Shown here in pieces: positions 1-13,774 of a stretch of DNA of 64,000 nucleotides. The DNA comes from Leucoraja ocellata (taxonomy: Eukaryota): contig JAWMAR010000667.1 of the NCBI GenBank assembly GCA_036785375.1, positions 558,001 to 622,000 on the forward strand, written 5' to 3'. The translations under genes and the position numbers were made by a program. The notes below the pieces were generated by a model. That model saw nothing but the letters and a program-made list of their open reading frames with translations. It was not told the origin of the DNA and searched no databases. Positions within the stretch are counted from its first letter, which is position 1, and each line of letters starts with the position of its first letter.

Positions 1-39
1 TTTTGCTCAAGGTTCCTGCATTTGCACTTTCTTGTATCT

Positions 40-430
40 ATAGTTTAGTTTAGAGCTTCAGGCCCTTCGGCCCACCGAGTCTGTGCTGACCAGCGATCCC
101 TGTGNNNNNNNNNNNNNNNNNNNNNNNNNNNNNNNNNNNNNNNNNNNNNNNNNNNNNNNNNNNNNNNNNNNNNNNNNNNNNNNNNNNNNNNNNNNNNNNN
201 NNNNNNNNNNNNNNNNNNNNNNNNNNNNNNNNNNNNNCCAAGCCAATTAACCCACAAACCTGAACATCTTTGGAGTGTGGGAGGAAACCGGAGATCTCGG
301 AGAAAACCTACTCAGCCGGTCACTGGGAGAACATACGAACTCTGTACAGACAGCATCCATTGTCGGGATCGAAGCTGGATCTCTGGCGCTGTAAGGCAGC
401 AACTCTACCGCTGCGCCACCGTGCCGCCAC
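40..430 (-). mobile_element. HE1-type SINE containing an N gap (105-237)
   Basis: Reverse complement of the 12796-13105 family. Confidence 0.8.
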
Positions 431-1531
431 TAATTTAGCATATGACACACAAATCACTTTAACTTGCAATTATGCAGGACAGCTAGAAAATGTGACAAAC
501 TAGAACATGCCACAATTACCTTCACGGTGGATAAATAAATCTCAAGTTTGCGTGTATTTTGCTGGCATGCAAAGGTGTTCTTCTGCTTCTCTCAGTTTGT
601 AAGCAATATAAGTAACTTTACAATTCAATGTGAAAATTCTCATTTGCTACAAAAATGAATCATTGGGTCATCATGAAAATTCTGTCTGTGTGACATTCAA
701 GTCAGGAGAGTTTTGTAGATTTGCTGTCAATTTTATGTTCATTTTTCAGGTTCAAACGCAGCAGTTTGATGGATTTGTATAATTTCTTGCTGGGTAAATA
801 AAGTTATTTTTCCCCATAAATGGGCTGGCCTTGACTCCGAGAATGATTCCATTTGTCCCGATTGGTTTATGCTTTTTAATATGAATTTGAGAAGGGTTCA
901 ATAATCAGAGCGCAGGCCAGCAGCCTGTTGATCCAAGGGAATATATTTCAATCAATTAGTTCACGCTGACTCTAATATTTCATCAACCCTGTCACAAGAA
1001 AGGCTCTGTTTAGCATTAGTTATACCTTCTTTCATGCATTAAAATGTATTTATTCCGAATAGGTTTTTTTCTGCCCATCAGAATACCTTCAGATTGATTA
1101 TGTTCATTAGCATTTGGCATTTAACTCTCGATGTCAAAATCCAGTCCCATTCTCAGTGAAGTCACTTGCGCATAAAATATTAAGTTCACTTGCTAGGCAA
1201 GATGACATCCAGTCTCTGTGTGCAGGGTGACATTTCTAAGTGCAGCCTCTGTCATTTTCTGATCATTTGACTGCGGCACAACAACGTTGGAAAGACTCAT
1301 TAAAAAGTGATGACTTAATAATGCCAAGTATCGACGATATATTTTGTTTATTTATTTATTTGTTCATTTATTTGTTCCGAACAAGTAAAGACATAAATAG
1401 GAATAAATAACAACAACAAAATCGAAATAGTCAAACAATTGGACATTCCAGGCAATATTTGCAAAGCAATGAAAAGCATAAAGCAAAATTTAAATGTCCA
1501 ACACTTTTTCTTTACAAGCTCGAAAAGGAGT

Positions 1532-2038
1532 CTCCCTACCCTCGGTACAAGAACTGTTCCAGAGCTGCTGTCTGAAAAAAGCTCAGAGAATTGCTAAGGA
1601 CAAACTGCACCCCCTCCACATACACCTGGGTCTCCTGCCATCAGGCAAGAGATATCGAAGCATCAAAGCCCGGACTACAAGACTGCTAAACAGCTTCCTA
1701 CCACAGGCTGTGAGGCTGCTAAACAGTCACTCTGTACTCACAGTCACTTGATTCTGCGGCTGGCACGGACACTTTAATAACTGGCACTGGCCACTCAAAT
1801 CAGCTGCCCCGGACATTTTTATGATTGGTTTATTGTATTTTAACATTGTGTTTTACCTGCTTTTAACTATTTATACTGTTCCATGAGGGACTGGATTGTT
1901 TTTAGTGTTATGTGTGAAATGTTTTAAATTTCATGTGCGATGCTCCGCTTCACTGGGAAACGTCTTTTCATTTTGCACTGTACAACTGTTGCTTGCAAGA
2001 TGACAATAAAGGTTGATTGATTGATTGATTGATTGATT
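1532..2038 (+). mobile_element. Rex1/Babar-like LINE 3' fragment with (GATT)n tail, nested in another repeat (about 1340-2340)
   Basis: LPSVQELF...AQRIAKDKLHPLH...LLPSGKRYRSIKARTTRLLNSFLPQAVRLLN; AATAAA then GATT repeats; GGAGT on both sides. Confidence 0.8.
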
Positions 2039-3302
2039 GGAGTGAGACGAAGAATAACTTATTTAATCTCACTCCTTGTCCCTAAACCCTTCTTCCATGT
2101 TTAATAATTAATTAATTAATAATAATAATAATACCCCAGACAATTTTTAGATGCATACAGACATATATATGCACATATACACATACACATATATACATAC
2201 AAGTCATGTGTATGAAGTAACCAAAAAACATAAATTAATAATAAATAAAATAATAAATATACAGTACATTAATCCCTGTTTGTCAACCATCCCCTTCATC
2301 CCTGTACCTTGTGAAAAAAAGTTTTTTGTATGTCATTTTGAACTGTAAAACTCCTCTGGACCCTCTCGAGAGCCAACATTATGCTTCCTCCGATATGGGG
2401 CCCAAATCTGCGCGCAGTACTCCAAATGCGACCTGACCCGAGCCTTGTAGAGCATCAGCATTACATTGCTATTCTTGCACAATATTCTTGCTACATTCAC
2501 ACCACAGTTATTCTGCAGCCTTGGACACCTGTTACTGAAGCCTAGTGTATAATTATCCATTACAGTGCACTGACCCAGGTCAAGTCGGCAACCATCTCTC
2601 TCCTCTAGTTATCCAGCAGCACAGTGGATGTTGAATTGGTGTTAAAACCAGCTATTGATCCACCTGGAACAGAGTGTTGTCAGCATTCTGGCGGAAACTG
2701 ATGCTCTGTTTTCCGAAGATGTTGGTGAGAAAATAGATTTGTGGAAAGCATTGATCAGAAAGAACATCAGAGATAACCGTGTCAGAATGGAAAAATAATC
2801 ATGTTTTAACGAGATACAGCGCGGAAACAGGCCCTTCAGCCCAACGAGTCTGCACCAACCAGCAATCACCATGTACGCCAACTTGCGTAAATTTTACATT
2901 TTGGATGAATATTCAAATGTTCTGTTTAGAATATGATTTTAAAACTTGTTTGAATGCTAAATAATTATAGGACGTGGTTTCCTCTACCTGATTCCAAATT
3001 GCACCCAAACATTTAATATAATGCAAGAAAGCAAACTGGTAAACATTGTGCATCGATACCTTCTGTGATTCTTTTTTTTTAAGGATGTTTGTGATAGCTT
3101 CATTTGGTGGGCACTGCAACGTTAAGACTTTAAAATAAGTATCAGAGAGCTCCACTCAAATTGTCATTAAACCATGATTAAAGGTCAAACAACTTCCAGG
3201 ACGAACACAGCTGGTAGAGCTGCTGCCTCACAGGGTTCAATCCTGACCCTCGGGTGCTGTCTGTGTGGAGTTTGTACGTTTGTACGTACGTTTGTACGTT
3301 CA

Positions 3303-3855
3303 CACACCTGGAGTATTGTGTGCAGTTTTGGTCCCCTAATTTGAGGTGGGACATTCTTGCTATTGAGGAAGAGCAGCGTAGGTTTACAAGGTTAATTCCC
3401 AGGATGGCGGGTCTGTCATATGCTGAGAGAATGGAGCGGCTGGGTTTGTATACTATGGAATTTGGAAGGATGAGAGGATATCTTATTGAAACATATAAGA
3501 TTATTAAGGGTTTGGACACGCTGGAGGCAGGAAACATGTTCCCAATGTTGGGGGAGCCCAGAACCAGGGGCCACAGTTTAAGAATAAGAGGTAAGCCATT
3601 AGAACGGAGATGAGGAAACACTTTTTCACACAGATAGTTGTAAGTCTGTGGAATTCTCTGCCTCGGAGGTGGGTGGAGGTCGGTTCTCAGGATACTTTCA
3701 AGAGAGAGCTAGATAGGGCTCTTAAAGATAGCGGAGTCAGGGGAGAAGGCAGGAACGGGGTACTGATTATGGATGATCAGCTATGATCACATTGAATGGC
3801 GGTGCTGGCTCGAAGGGCTGAATGGCCTACTACTGCACCTATTGTCTATTGTCCC
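3303..3855 (+). mobile_element. CR1-clade (HER1-like) LINE 3' fragment
   Basis: HLEYCVQFWSP...QRRFTRLIP...RLGLY...RMRGYLIETYKIIKG...RTRGHSLRI, followed by the 3'UTR. Confidence 0.9.
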
Positions 3856-4511
3856 GAGGTACAGTGAAAAGCTTTTGTTGCATGCAGACTTTGTGGGCTG
3901 AAGGGCCTGTTTCCATGCTATATCTTTAAACTAAAGGGTCGGCACTATTAATTCCACAGGATTATACTCTGCCATTATAACTTCATTGTGCTGGCCTTTT
4001 TGATATTTCTATACATGTGGCAACCACTCTTTTAATAAGCGAGCGTGCATGTGTCACCCCCACCCTCGCACACACATTCTCTGAGAAATGACAGGGAGAG
4101 TAACCTGGGGACTTATTGACAAATGTTGAAAGCCAGCAAGTATGTTTTATTAAGAGTTTGTTCCGTTCCATATGTTCCAACCAATGTGCATTTAAAAATA
4201 AATCCTTGACAGTCAATTAGTACCACTCTGCGCTATATCTCAAGCATTCTCATCGATATTCAGCCTCAGCGATGATGCTGAAACATTTACTTTCTCGACA
4301 CAAAGCGACACGCTTGCATCACCAACTCATCAATCACCACGAACCGCTGCAGCTGACCAGCATCAACAAAACGCCTGCAATGCGCTCTGTGTAACAACAA
4401 GCCATGTTGTAGTTCCTTCAAATGGAAGAGTCTCAACACTGCCCATCTCAGGAAAAGAAAGCCACGTACGCAATGTGCTCCTACAAGATGAATGACAAAG
4501 TCTCGTAACAT

Positions 4512-4980
4512 TGAAACATAGGAAATGGGTGCAGGAGTAGACCATTCGGCACTTGATCATGGCTGATCATCCAGAATCAGTACCCTGTTCTAGCTTTCCA
4601 CCCCCCCCCCCCCCTATCCCTTGATTCCGTTGGCCCTAAGAGCTATATCTGACTCTCTCTTGAATGCATCCAGTGAATTGGCCTCCACTGCCTTCTGTGG
4701 AAGACAATTCCACAAATTCGCAATTCTCTGGGTGAAAATGATTTTTCTCATCTCAGTCCTAAATGGTCTACCCTGAAGAAGAGTCTCGGCCGGAAACATT
4801 ACCTATTCCTTCATTCCATAGATACTACCTCACCCCCCCCCCCCCCCCCCCCCTCCCCCGAATTTCTCCAACTTGTTTGGCTACCCCTAATTCTTAAACT
4901 GTGACCCCTGGTTCTGGACTCTCCCAACATCAGGAAATGTTTTCCTGCATCTAGCCTGTCTAATCCCAAAATAATTTTAT
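4512..4980 (-). mobile_element. CR1 LINE 3' fragment with a Penelope arm inserted (about 4773-4880)
   Basis: GRPFRTEMRK.FTQR..NLWN.LPQKAVEA. Confidence 0.8.
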
Positions 4981-4989
4981 TTTAAAAAG

Positions 4990-5272
4990 TGTCGTAGCTG
5001 CCAGTAGAGTTGCTGCCTCACAATACCGGGGGAGCCTGGTTCATTCCTGACCTCGGCTGCTGTTTACACTGAGTTTCTACCTTCTCCCTGTGACTGTGCG
5101 AGTTTCCTCCACATTCCAAAAACATGTGGGTTTGTAGGTTGGTTGGCTTTTTGCAAATTGCCCCCAATGTGGATGAGAGAGTGGGATAACATTGGGCTAG
5201 TACGAATGGGTGATCGATGGTCGGCGTGGCCTTGGTGGACCAAAGGGCCTGTTTCCACGCTGTAACTCTAAA
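4990..5272 (+). mobile_element. HE1-type SINE
   Basis: Head, V-domain and tail recognisable. Confidence 0.75.
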
Positions 5273-5537
5273 CGTGAGGAAAGAAAACTTGTGTAAATAC
5301 ATTTTCCCAAGATAGTGTTTGCTCACTGATATTGGTGGAGTTGATGTGGAACAGAGCAGTGAGATCCCGCACATTCCATATATGACTGTCGGTCAGAAAA
5401 CCCAGATATTATGTTTATATTTGCTGCTCTTTAATTTTTGGAAGTGGGAGGAGATTGAAGAACATAATTTAAAGGGTGCTGCTTCCCCGAGTTCCTGTGT
5501 TGCATAGTTTTCATTCAGAATGCATAGTTGGGATCTC

Positions 5538-5892
5538 TGTAGGAAGGAACTGCAGATGCTGGTTTACACCAAAGATAGACACAAAATGCCAGAGTAACTC
5601 GATGGGTCAGGCAGCATCTCTGGAGAAAAGGAATAGTTGGAGTTTCATAAGGTCACAAGCGATAGGAGTAGAATTAGACCATTCGGACCATCAAGTATAC
5701 TCCGTCTTTCAATCCTGGCTGATCTATCTCTGCCTCTTAACCCCATTCTCCTGCCTTCTCCCCATAACCTCTGACACCTGTACTAATAAAGAATTGGGTC
5801 TAATGAAGGATCTCGACCCGAAGCGTCACCTATTCCTTTGTTCCAGAGATGCTGGCTGGCCTGCTGAGTTACTCTAGCATTTTGTGTCTATT
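5538..5892. mobile_element. Palindromic Penelope-derived element interrupted by a CR1 3'UTR fragment (about 5646-5790)
   Basis: Left arm GTAGGAAGGAACTGCAGATGCTGG..., right arm ...GAGATGCTG...GAGTTACTCTAGCATTTTGTGTCTA. Confidence 0.7.
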
Positions 5893-6399
5893 TTTTTAAT
5901 CTCTACCCTGCATATGTGCAATATATTTGTCCACATCTAGCTTTGATCTTGGCCTTTGTTGTCTGTGCAGACTACATTTCAGGGAAATAATGTGTACATG
6001 GCACATTCACGCATGCTATCTTCCTGAAATGTATGATATACCTAAACAGGACTGCAAATATAGATGGCTTTGATATTTTATTTCACAACAGAAAAATGTA
6101 ATTTTGCAATATTATCTTATTTACTTTTTATCAGCTCGGTTGCTTGGTTACCAATGTAGATGTAACGAGTTGCAGAAAAAACACTGTGGCAAATCATGTC
6201 TTTTATTCACTGTATCGCACGTTCCAATTTCCTTCAGTCTATAGACTGCTGACTAACAGCGGTTGTGTTGCAAATGATAATTAGAACGAGAATGTTAGGA
6301 TATGATGAATGTCTTCAGAAAGATAGCGTAAGCATGATCCCTTTAAAAAAACAAAAAACAAAGAAAGTACATATTTGTATGCCTCGTTGTCACCGTCCA

Positions 6400-7080
6400 C
6401 TCATCCCGACAATGAACCACTAGACATTTTCTTGAACATTCTCTGCTTTGATTCATCCTTTTCACACCTTGCATTCTCTTTGTGCTCTTCCATATCTCTA
6501 GCTTCCCTCTTCCCCCTCTCCTCTCGGTCTGAAGAAGGGTATTGACCCAAAACGTCACCCTTTCCTTCTCTCCAGAGATACATCCTGCCCTGCTGAGTTA
6601 CTCCAGCATTTTGTCGACCTTGCATTTTGCCGTGATGGTTCTTTGTGAACAATAACATGTTTGCATTTTGCAAAACAAAACTATAGGTAGGCTAGTGTTT
6701 AAGAAGGAACTGCAGATGCTGGAAAATCGAAGGTCGACAAAAATAGAAGGTAGTCTAAAGAAGGGTTTCAGCCCGAAACGTTGCCTATTTCCTTTCGCTC
6801 ATAGATGCTGCTGCACCAGCTGAGTTTCTCCAACATTTCCATCTACCTTGTATGACGGCCAGTTTTTTTTCTTCTTAATCTCAGTTTTGGTCCTCTCTGG
6901 TAGTTATATCTATCCTTCCTTGCAATTTTGTACCTTGCCGAACTATTTGCTAATTGTCTCGTTGAACAAATGGACCTGTCTGAAGAATGGTCCTGACCCG
7001 AAACGTCACCCATCTTTTTTTTTTTCTCCAGAGATGCTGCCTGACCTGCTGAGTTACTCCAGCACTTTGCCTCTGTCTTA
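6400..7080. mobile_element. Cluster of three Penelope-derived arms (6527-6620, 6697-6848, 6978-7078)
   Basis: Each carries a hammerhead-like core; 6980-7007 CTGAAGAATGGTCCTGACCCGAAACGTC is near intact. Confidence 0.7.
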
Positions 7081-7920
7081 AACTGAATATAACTCTGTTC
7101 ACTCACACTTGAGAAGTAACATGGAAGGATTTTGATTTTACATCAATGCCAAGAGTAAGGAGTATAAATCAGGCATTAAAGTCCAAATTTATTCCAAAGC
7201 TAAGTGCAACATTGGCACCTCTTCCTGTGGGTCTCATTACCATTCATTCAATCATAAATTCATAAGTTATGGGAGTAGATTTAGGCCATTCGGCCCATCA
7301 AGTCTACCCCGCCATTCAATCATGGCTGATCTATCTTTCCCTCTCAACCTGATTGTCCTGCTTTCTCCTCATATCCCTTGTCACCCGTACTAATCAAGAA
7401 CCTATCCATCTCTGTCTTAAAAATGTCCACTGACCTGGCCTCCACAGCCTTCTGTGGCTCTGAATTCTACAGATTCACCACCCAATTGACATATCTGTTC
7501 ATGATGGAAAAGACCTCGTCATTTCTTTGGAGGGGTAATTAGAATATGAAGTGCTTGGGAAGGAAATGAAGCCACGATACCTGTATCTGTTTTCTTTCCT
7601 GTCACATACTGCAGTTTAATCATGCACAGCACACTAAATTACACGTGGAGTTCTATTTAGTGATGCTTTTCTAATTGTTAATTGTGTGTGCATTTGGTTA
7701 TTTGCCATTGTAGTCTGATGATCAGCCTGCCTCGATTATCTCTGGTCTACAACAAGGTTGAGCCTTGCAATGGATGCTGTGGTATTCGGCACCAGGTAAG
7801 ACCAAGACCCACACATGTGAAAATGACGATGGAGGATGAGCAGTGATCTCCTGGTTTATTGCTATCATTTACTCTTTGTAGCTAGTGCGGACAAAGTAAG
7901 GTGTCCTTAACACGTTCCCG

Positions 7921-8335
7921 TAGATAGATAGATATAGATATGCCATTTATTGTCACTATACATGTACAGTGAAACTGAAAGCTGCTCGTACTCGGTGCAT
8001 ACATACAATTTAGCACAAAAAACAAGAAACAGAAAAAACAAAAAACAGAAGGGAGATGGGGGGGGGGGGGGGGGAATAGGTGCACAAATTCTGCGGCGCT
8101 ACATACATATATACATATATACAGATGGAAGTCCGTGTTGGGCGGTGTAGTCAGTGCATGTGTGAATTTGAATTTATAGTAGTTATAATTCTCGGAAAGC
8201 AACTATTCCTGAGTCTGTTTGTCCTGGATTTGATGCACCTATAGCGCCTTCCAGAGGGCAGCAGGTCGAACAGTCCAAACGCAGGATGGGAGCTGTCTTT
8301 GATGATCTTCTTTGCCCTGCTAAGGCAGCGGGAGC
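7921..8335 (-). mobile_element. Rex1/Babar-like LINE 3' fragment
   Basis: Minus strand SRCLSRAKKIIKDSSHPAFGLFDLLPSGRRYRCIKSRTNRLRNS; (ATCT)n tail. Confidence 0.8.
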
Positions 8336-9234
8336 TCTTCAGTGATGTAGGAGGTCAGCCCATTCTTTGACATGTGAAAGAGGTTGACAGAGAACTTTCA
8401 GACTATGGAAGAGTTGGGCCAAACGGCCTGTTTCCATGCTCTAGGACAACCTGGGGTAAATTTAACCGCAGGGGGTACATTTTGCCAACCCAGGGGGTAA
8501 ATTTGTTGATACTGGATTTGTACATATTTTTTCTCATTGACTGACTGTGTTTGGTTCTGGTATACCGGTATCTGTTCATCACTAGTTGTTCATAAATAAG
8601 TGAAATAACATTGGTATGTGCTATTAAAGTTTCCACGGGTAAACGGGACAAAAAAGGGTGGGACCCCCTGATCTAGGACTCTTAAGGACTCTTAATCAGA
8701 CTGATGGGGATCTGTAATCTTTGCTATGGTTGGCATGGTTGCTTGACCTACTTGTGATAGATCATTGGGACTTCTTGGTGGCGGTAATTAGTACTTAACT
8801 GAAACCTGACACATCTTATTTCACATATACCTCGTCCATACTGAAGTCTGGATAATTGGTCACACGAATAGTGCTGAGGAAGTAATATTTTCTGTTTCAT
8901 CGTTTTCTATTAGCATAAAGGTGAAACATTAAACGGGTTTGATTGGAGCTCAAAGGAGACTTTCTGTGCAATGGTAGGAAATGAGGAACTTGAATTGAGA
9001 GCCAGATCACGAAGGGTCAGGTCAAGGAGAGCTTGCACCTGAATGGCAGTGAATGAATAAAGTATCATTCATGCATTAAGTTTCACTCATTCGCGTTCAG
9101 TTACAGACTGCAGGACCATCATCATCAGGTAGCAAGCCAGAGTCTGAGCTGGCCCTGGAAGATCGGTGCCCCAAATACAATGGAAGGGTGCACCATGTGC
9201 TACTTGTATTAACCTTTCAATATTTGGTGTTTTC

Positions 9235-9610
9235 ATAGAGTGAAACAGTGCAGAAACGGGCCCTTCGGCCCAACTTGCCCATACTGGCCAACGAGTCCCA
9301 TCTACACTAGTCCCACCTGCCTGCATTTGGCCCACATCCCTCCAAACCTGTCCCATCCATGTACCCATCTAACTGTTTCTTAAACTTTGCAATAGTCCCT
9401 GCCTCAACTACTTCCTCTGGCAGCTCGTTCCAGACATTTGTGTGACAAAGCTACCCTTCAGATTCCTATTAAATCTGTTCCCCTTCACCTTCAACCTATG
9501 TCCTCTGGTCTTCGATGTCCCCTACTCTGGGCAAGGGACTCTGTGCATCTACCTGATCTATTCCTCTCATGATTTTATACACCTCTATAAAGATCACCCC
9601 TCATCCTCCT
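9235..9610 (-). mobile_element. CR1 LINE 3' fragment (second subfamily); short 3'UTR fragments also at 7252-7483, 46395-46693, 47437-47545, 58860-59000
   Basis: Reverse complement resembles 30340-30815. Confidence 0.75.
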
Positions 9611-10210
9611 GTGATCATTTGTCAGCTTGATTTTACATATGTGGCAAGGACTAAAATAAAATCCTGATGTGCTTGTTCTGTTTACTCCAGGAGCCACTAT
9701 AACCATATATAACAATTACAGCACGGAAACAGGCCATCTCGACCCTACAAGTCCGTGCCGACACAACTATGAGTCTCTAAATAGACCTGCTGCCTTGCAT
9801 CAATAAATATTATGAAGGACACGGAGGGCAGATCAAGGAAACTCCAAGTGTTAATAACTATTGATTTTTTTTCAGAATATTGAAGTCATTTTGTGTTTCT
9901 TTTTATGGTTGCAACATTAAAGAGGGAACTGATGGGGATAAAGGAAATGCAAAGAAATAGTTCACCTTGATGCAGCAGCATAAATTCAAACCCTTAGAAC
10001 GTGAAGGCAATTGGATCTGTTTAAGATGGGAAATGCTTTATGGAATGCTGTTAAGGTGGAGAGAAAATATAATTCCAATTAGATTTATTGACAAATCAAA
10101 GACAAAATGGATGCATAGACCCACAGAGGGGTTTAAACCATAACAAAGAAATATAAACATGGATATTGCAGGTTTGAAATAAAAATGAAGTAAATCAGTA
10201 TATCGCCCAA

Positions 10211-10507
10211 GGATGGCACGGTGGCGCAGCAGTACAGTTGCTGCCTTGCAGCACCAGAGCCCCAGGTTTGATCCTGTCTACAGGTGCTGTCTGAACGGAG
10301 TTCGTACATTCTCCCTGTGACCTGTGTACATTTTCCCCTGGTGCTCCGGTCTCCACCCACGTTCCAGGTTTGTAGGTTTATTTGGCTTTGATAAAAATTG
10401 TAAATTGTTCATCATCTATAGGGTAGTGTTAGTGTATGGGGATCGCTGGTCGGCACAGAAGCGGTGGGCCGAATGGCCTGTTTCCGGGCTGTAACTCTAA
10501 AGTAAAC
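10211..10507 (+). mobile_element. HE1-type SINE
   Basis: GGCACGGTGGCGCAGC head through CTCTAAAGTAAAC tail. Confidence 0.8.
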
Positions 10508-10629
10508 TCTTTTCAAAAAGGATTAGCTAAAACGATCTCTGTAAAAAAAAAAAAAAAAAAAAATTCTTGAGTGAGTATATATATATATCTGTAACCTTTT
10601 TTGATTTGCTTCTAAAATGACCTGGGATA

Positions 10630-11126
10630 TCTATCTTTCTCCCCTTCCTATTCCCATACTGACCTTTTCTGTCCTGGGTCTCCTCCGTTGCCCGAGTGTG
10701 GCCTCATACAAACTGGAGGAACATGACCGGATGTTCCACTTGGGCCGTTTAACAAACAAACGGTATAGACATCGAATTCTCCAATTATATGTAACTCTCA
10801 ACTTTTATTTTCCACCCTTTTCTCCCACTCTTCTGCCAACCTCCCCACCTCCTCTTCCACCTATATCCCTCCCTCTAGCTTCCCCTACTCTTTTCTTCTT
10901 ATCTGACACCCTTGGTGTCTCTTTTTCATCTCTGTCCAAATCTGCCATTCAACCCCCTCACCTGTATCCACCTATTACTTTGTCCAACCCCCACCTCTTT
11001 TCCAGCTTTCTTCCCCTCTCTCCCCACACCACCTTTCCTGTCCTGACCCCCTCGGCCCCTCTCAATTCCTATCCACCTCCCCTACCATAATCAGTCTGGA
11101 GAAGGGTCTCGACCTGAAACGTTGCA
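10630..11126 (+). mobile_element. Penelope-like element 3' fragment (GIY-YIG endonuclease C-terminus, pyrimidine-rich UTR, degenerate hammerhead)
   Basis: SVLGLLRCPSVASYKLEEHDRMFHLG resembles the Penelope C-terminal LSVLGLLHC...KLEEQHLIFRLG; ends in CTGGAGAAGGGTCTCGACCTGAAACGTT. Confidence 0.75.
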
Positions 11127-11149
11127 TAACTTGCGTAACTTGCATAACT

Positions 11150-11540
11150 TAATAAATTCTTAAGGGGTTGGACAGGCTAGATGCAGGAAGATTGTTCCCG
11201 ATGTTGGGGAAGTCCAGGACAAGGGGTCACATTTTAAGGATAAAGGGGAAACCCTTTACGACCGAGATGAGAAGAACATTTTTCACACAGCGAGTGGTAA
11301 ATCTCTGGAACCCTCTGCCACAGAAGGTAGTTGAGGCCTGTTCATTGGCTATATTTAGATGTGGCCCTTGTTTAGATTTAGAGTTAGATGTGGCCCTTGT
11401 GGCTAAAGGGATCAGGGGGTATGGAGAGAAGGCAGATACGGGATACTGAGTTGGATGATCAGCCATGATCATATTGAATGGCGGTGCAGGCTCGAAGGGC
11501 CAAATGGCCTACTCCTGCACCTATTTTCTATGTCTCTGTT
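11150..11540 (+). mobile_element. CR1 LINE 3' fragment
   Basis: RTRGHILRIKGKPFTTEMRRTFFTQRVVNLWN. Confidence 0.85.
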
Positions 11541-12349
11541 TCTATATCAATGTCCTCCAGCGATCTTGCCTGGCCCGCTGTTGGTTGTGTTCAATCTTTA
11601 TTTCCGCTGTTTTGCTGTTTCAATCCACGCTTCTGTTTTATTTCACATAAACGAGATGTGTGGGAATTGCCCGGAATAATTTTGACAGGAACACTGGCAG
11701 ACCAGCATGAAAGCCACTGATCCAGCAGGAGATGTGGCAAACACCACTCCTCCTCAACTCCACCTTCCCCATGGAAAATCAACCTCTAACTTCTCCCAAT
11801 GCCTCTGCAAAACCGAGAGGAAAATGACAGGATTCTAAACGTGCACAGCTATGAAAATTACTACTTTGCTCTTTTGTTGAATCAATTCTAATTGGCATTG
11901 TACAGACAATATACCAAAGAATAAATTAACTCGGTCTATGCGGGCAGCAGAGAATTGCGCAATCTATTTTAAAATTCAATTACATAACTGGCTTTGCCAA
12001 TAATTTGAATTTTTAGATCAATCTAGCATCATTATAAAAAGAAAAAAATCATTTAATCTTTTGACTTGAAATACAAAATTGCTTATAGTTATTACATGAA
12101 AATAAGGTTAATTTTGTCAAGCAATTACCTATTTTTTAATTCACTTTCGTTAGTTGAAAATAATATATATATTTTCCGAGGCCTCTATTATTGATAAAAC
12201 AGTATCGACCATCTATTGTGGCATAGTGCAATCACGTAAATTCGTGTAAAATCTCATGTCCATGAGGAGTCGGCCATGCAGATCAAAGTTACTTTGCAGG
12301 CAGAAGCTATCTGCAGGCACCTTATCAAATGGTGGAATTAAAATTTGTT

Positions 12350-12650
12350 CTGTTTAGTTTAGAGCAGCAGTGTGGACATAGGCCCTTCAGCCCGCTGAGT
12401 CCATGCTGACCAGCGATCTCCGCACACCAACAATATCCTACACACACTAGAGACTATTTTACCAAGTCAATTAACCTACAAACCTGTGCATCTTTGGAGT
12501 GTGGGAGGAAACCGGAGCACCCGGAGAAAACCCACGCAGGTCAGGGGGAGAACGTACAACCTCCATATAGACTACATCGAAGACAACATCCATCAGGATC
12601 GAAACTGTGTCTCTGGCACAGTAAGGGAGCAACTCTACCGCTGTGCCACC
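12350..12650 (-). mobile_element. HE1-type SINE (head-to-head with 12796-13105)
   Basis: Reverse complement of the family consensus. Confidence 0.8.
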
Positions 12651-12795
12651 TCTTTTAAATGCTTTTAAATTATGGGACTATTACCTTCCTGAGTAATAAT
12701 ATTTTTGGGTGGGTGATCACTGCAAATTTTGACCTTTTTGTTCCAGCTGCAAAGTGGGTGTTGCATCGTATGAACTAAATTTATTTTAGTCACTA

Positions 12796-13105
12796 GGGTG
12801 GCATGGTGGCGCAGCGCTGGAATTGCTGCCTTCCAGAGCCAGAGAGCCGGGTTCGATCCTGTTACGGGTGCTTGTCTGTACGGAGTTTGTACGTTCTCCC
12901 CATGACCGGCGTGGGTTTTCTCCGAGATTTTCGGGATTCCTCCCACACTCCAAAGAAGTACAGGTTTGTAGGTTAATTTGCTTGGTATAAATGTAATATT
13001 GTCCTGAGTGTGTGTAGGATAGTGTTAATGTGCAGGGATCGCTAGTCGGTGTGGACTCGGTTGGCCGAGGGGCCAGTTTCCGCACTGTGTCTCTAAACTA
13101 AACTA
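12796..13105 (+). mobile_element. HE1-type tRNA-derived V-SINE, full length
   Basis: Pol III A box TGGCGCAGCG and B box GGTTCGATCC, V-domain GGAGTTTGTACGTTCTCCCC...CTCCCACACTCCAAAG, CR1/HER1-like tail ending CTCTAAACTAAACTA. Confidence 0.85.
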
Positions 13106-13632
13106 GAATTGTTATAATTTAAAAAAAACATGGATATGCAAGGAACTACGGATGCTGGTTTACGGAAAAAGACTCAGTGCTGCAGATGATGAGGCTGCAC
13201 AAGTCCAGTTCTGTGTCTACATGAACCTTGCTTACAGAATTATTCAATGTCCAGCATCGAGCACAGATTGATTTGATACATTGAGAGAAGTACATTACAG
13301 TGCAAACCAGTCCAAAATCTTCAGAGCCTACAAAAGATATCACAATACTGCCTGACCTGCTGAGAGATTGCAGCATTTTCAGGGTTTTGATTTTAGATTT
13401 CCAGCATCGGCAATTTCTTGCTCCAAGAAACACAAGGTTAATATAGCAGATCCCCGGGGAAAGTGGTCCTTCTACATCATCTATTAGTAGTAGTAGCAGT
13501 AGTATATATTTTATTTCTAACATGTAAAAGCAAAGTTAAAAACAAAGCAGAGTAACAATAAAATGAAATGAACGATAAACCTATACACAACAATATTGCT
13601 ACCCCTTCTCCACTACTCATCAATAATTCACA

Positions 13633-13774
13633 NNNNNNNNNNNNNNNNNNNNNNNNNNNNNNNNNNNNNNNNNNNNNNNNNNNNNNNNNNNNNNNNNNNN
13701 NNNNNNNNNNNNNNNNNNNNNNNNNNNNNNNNNNNNNNNNNNNNNNNNNNNNNNNNNNNNNNNNNNNNNNNNNN
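13633..13774. other. N gap (142 nt); other gaps at 105-237 and 28012-28147
   Basis: Runs of N. Confidence 1.

Noticed and set aside
11349-11358. MEF2 consensus CTATATTTAG (similar at 18909)
   Set aside because: Part of the CR1 consensus, with no independent support for function.
12796-12870. tRNA genes at SINE heads
   Set aside because: The A/B boxes belong to tRNA-derived HE1 heads and continue into the V-domain; no full cloverleaf.
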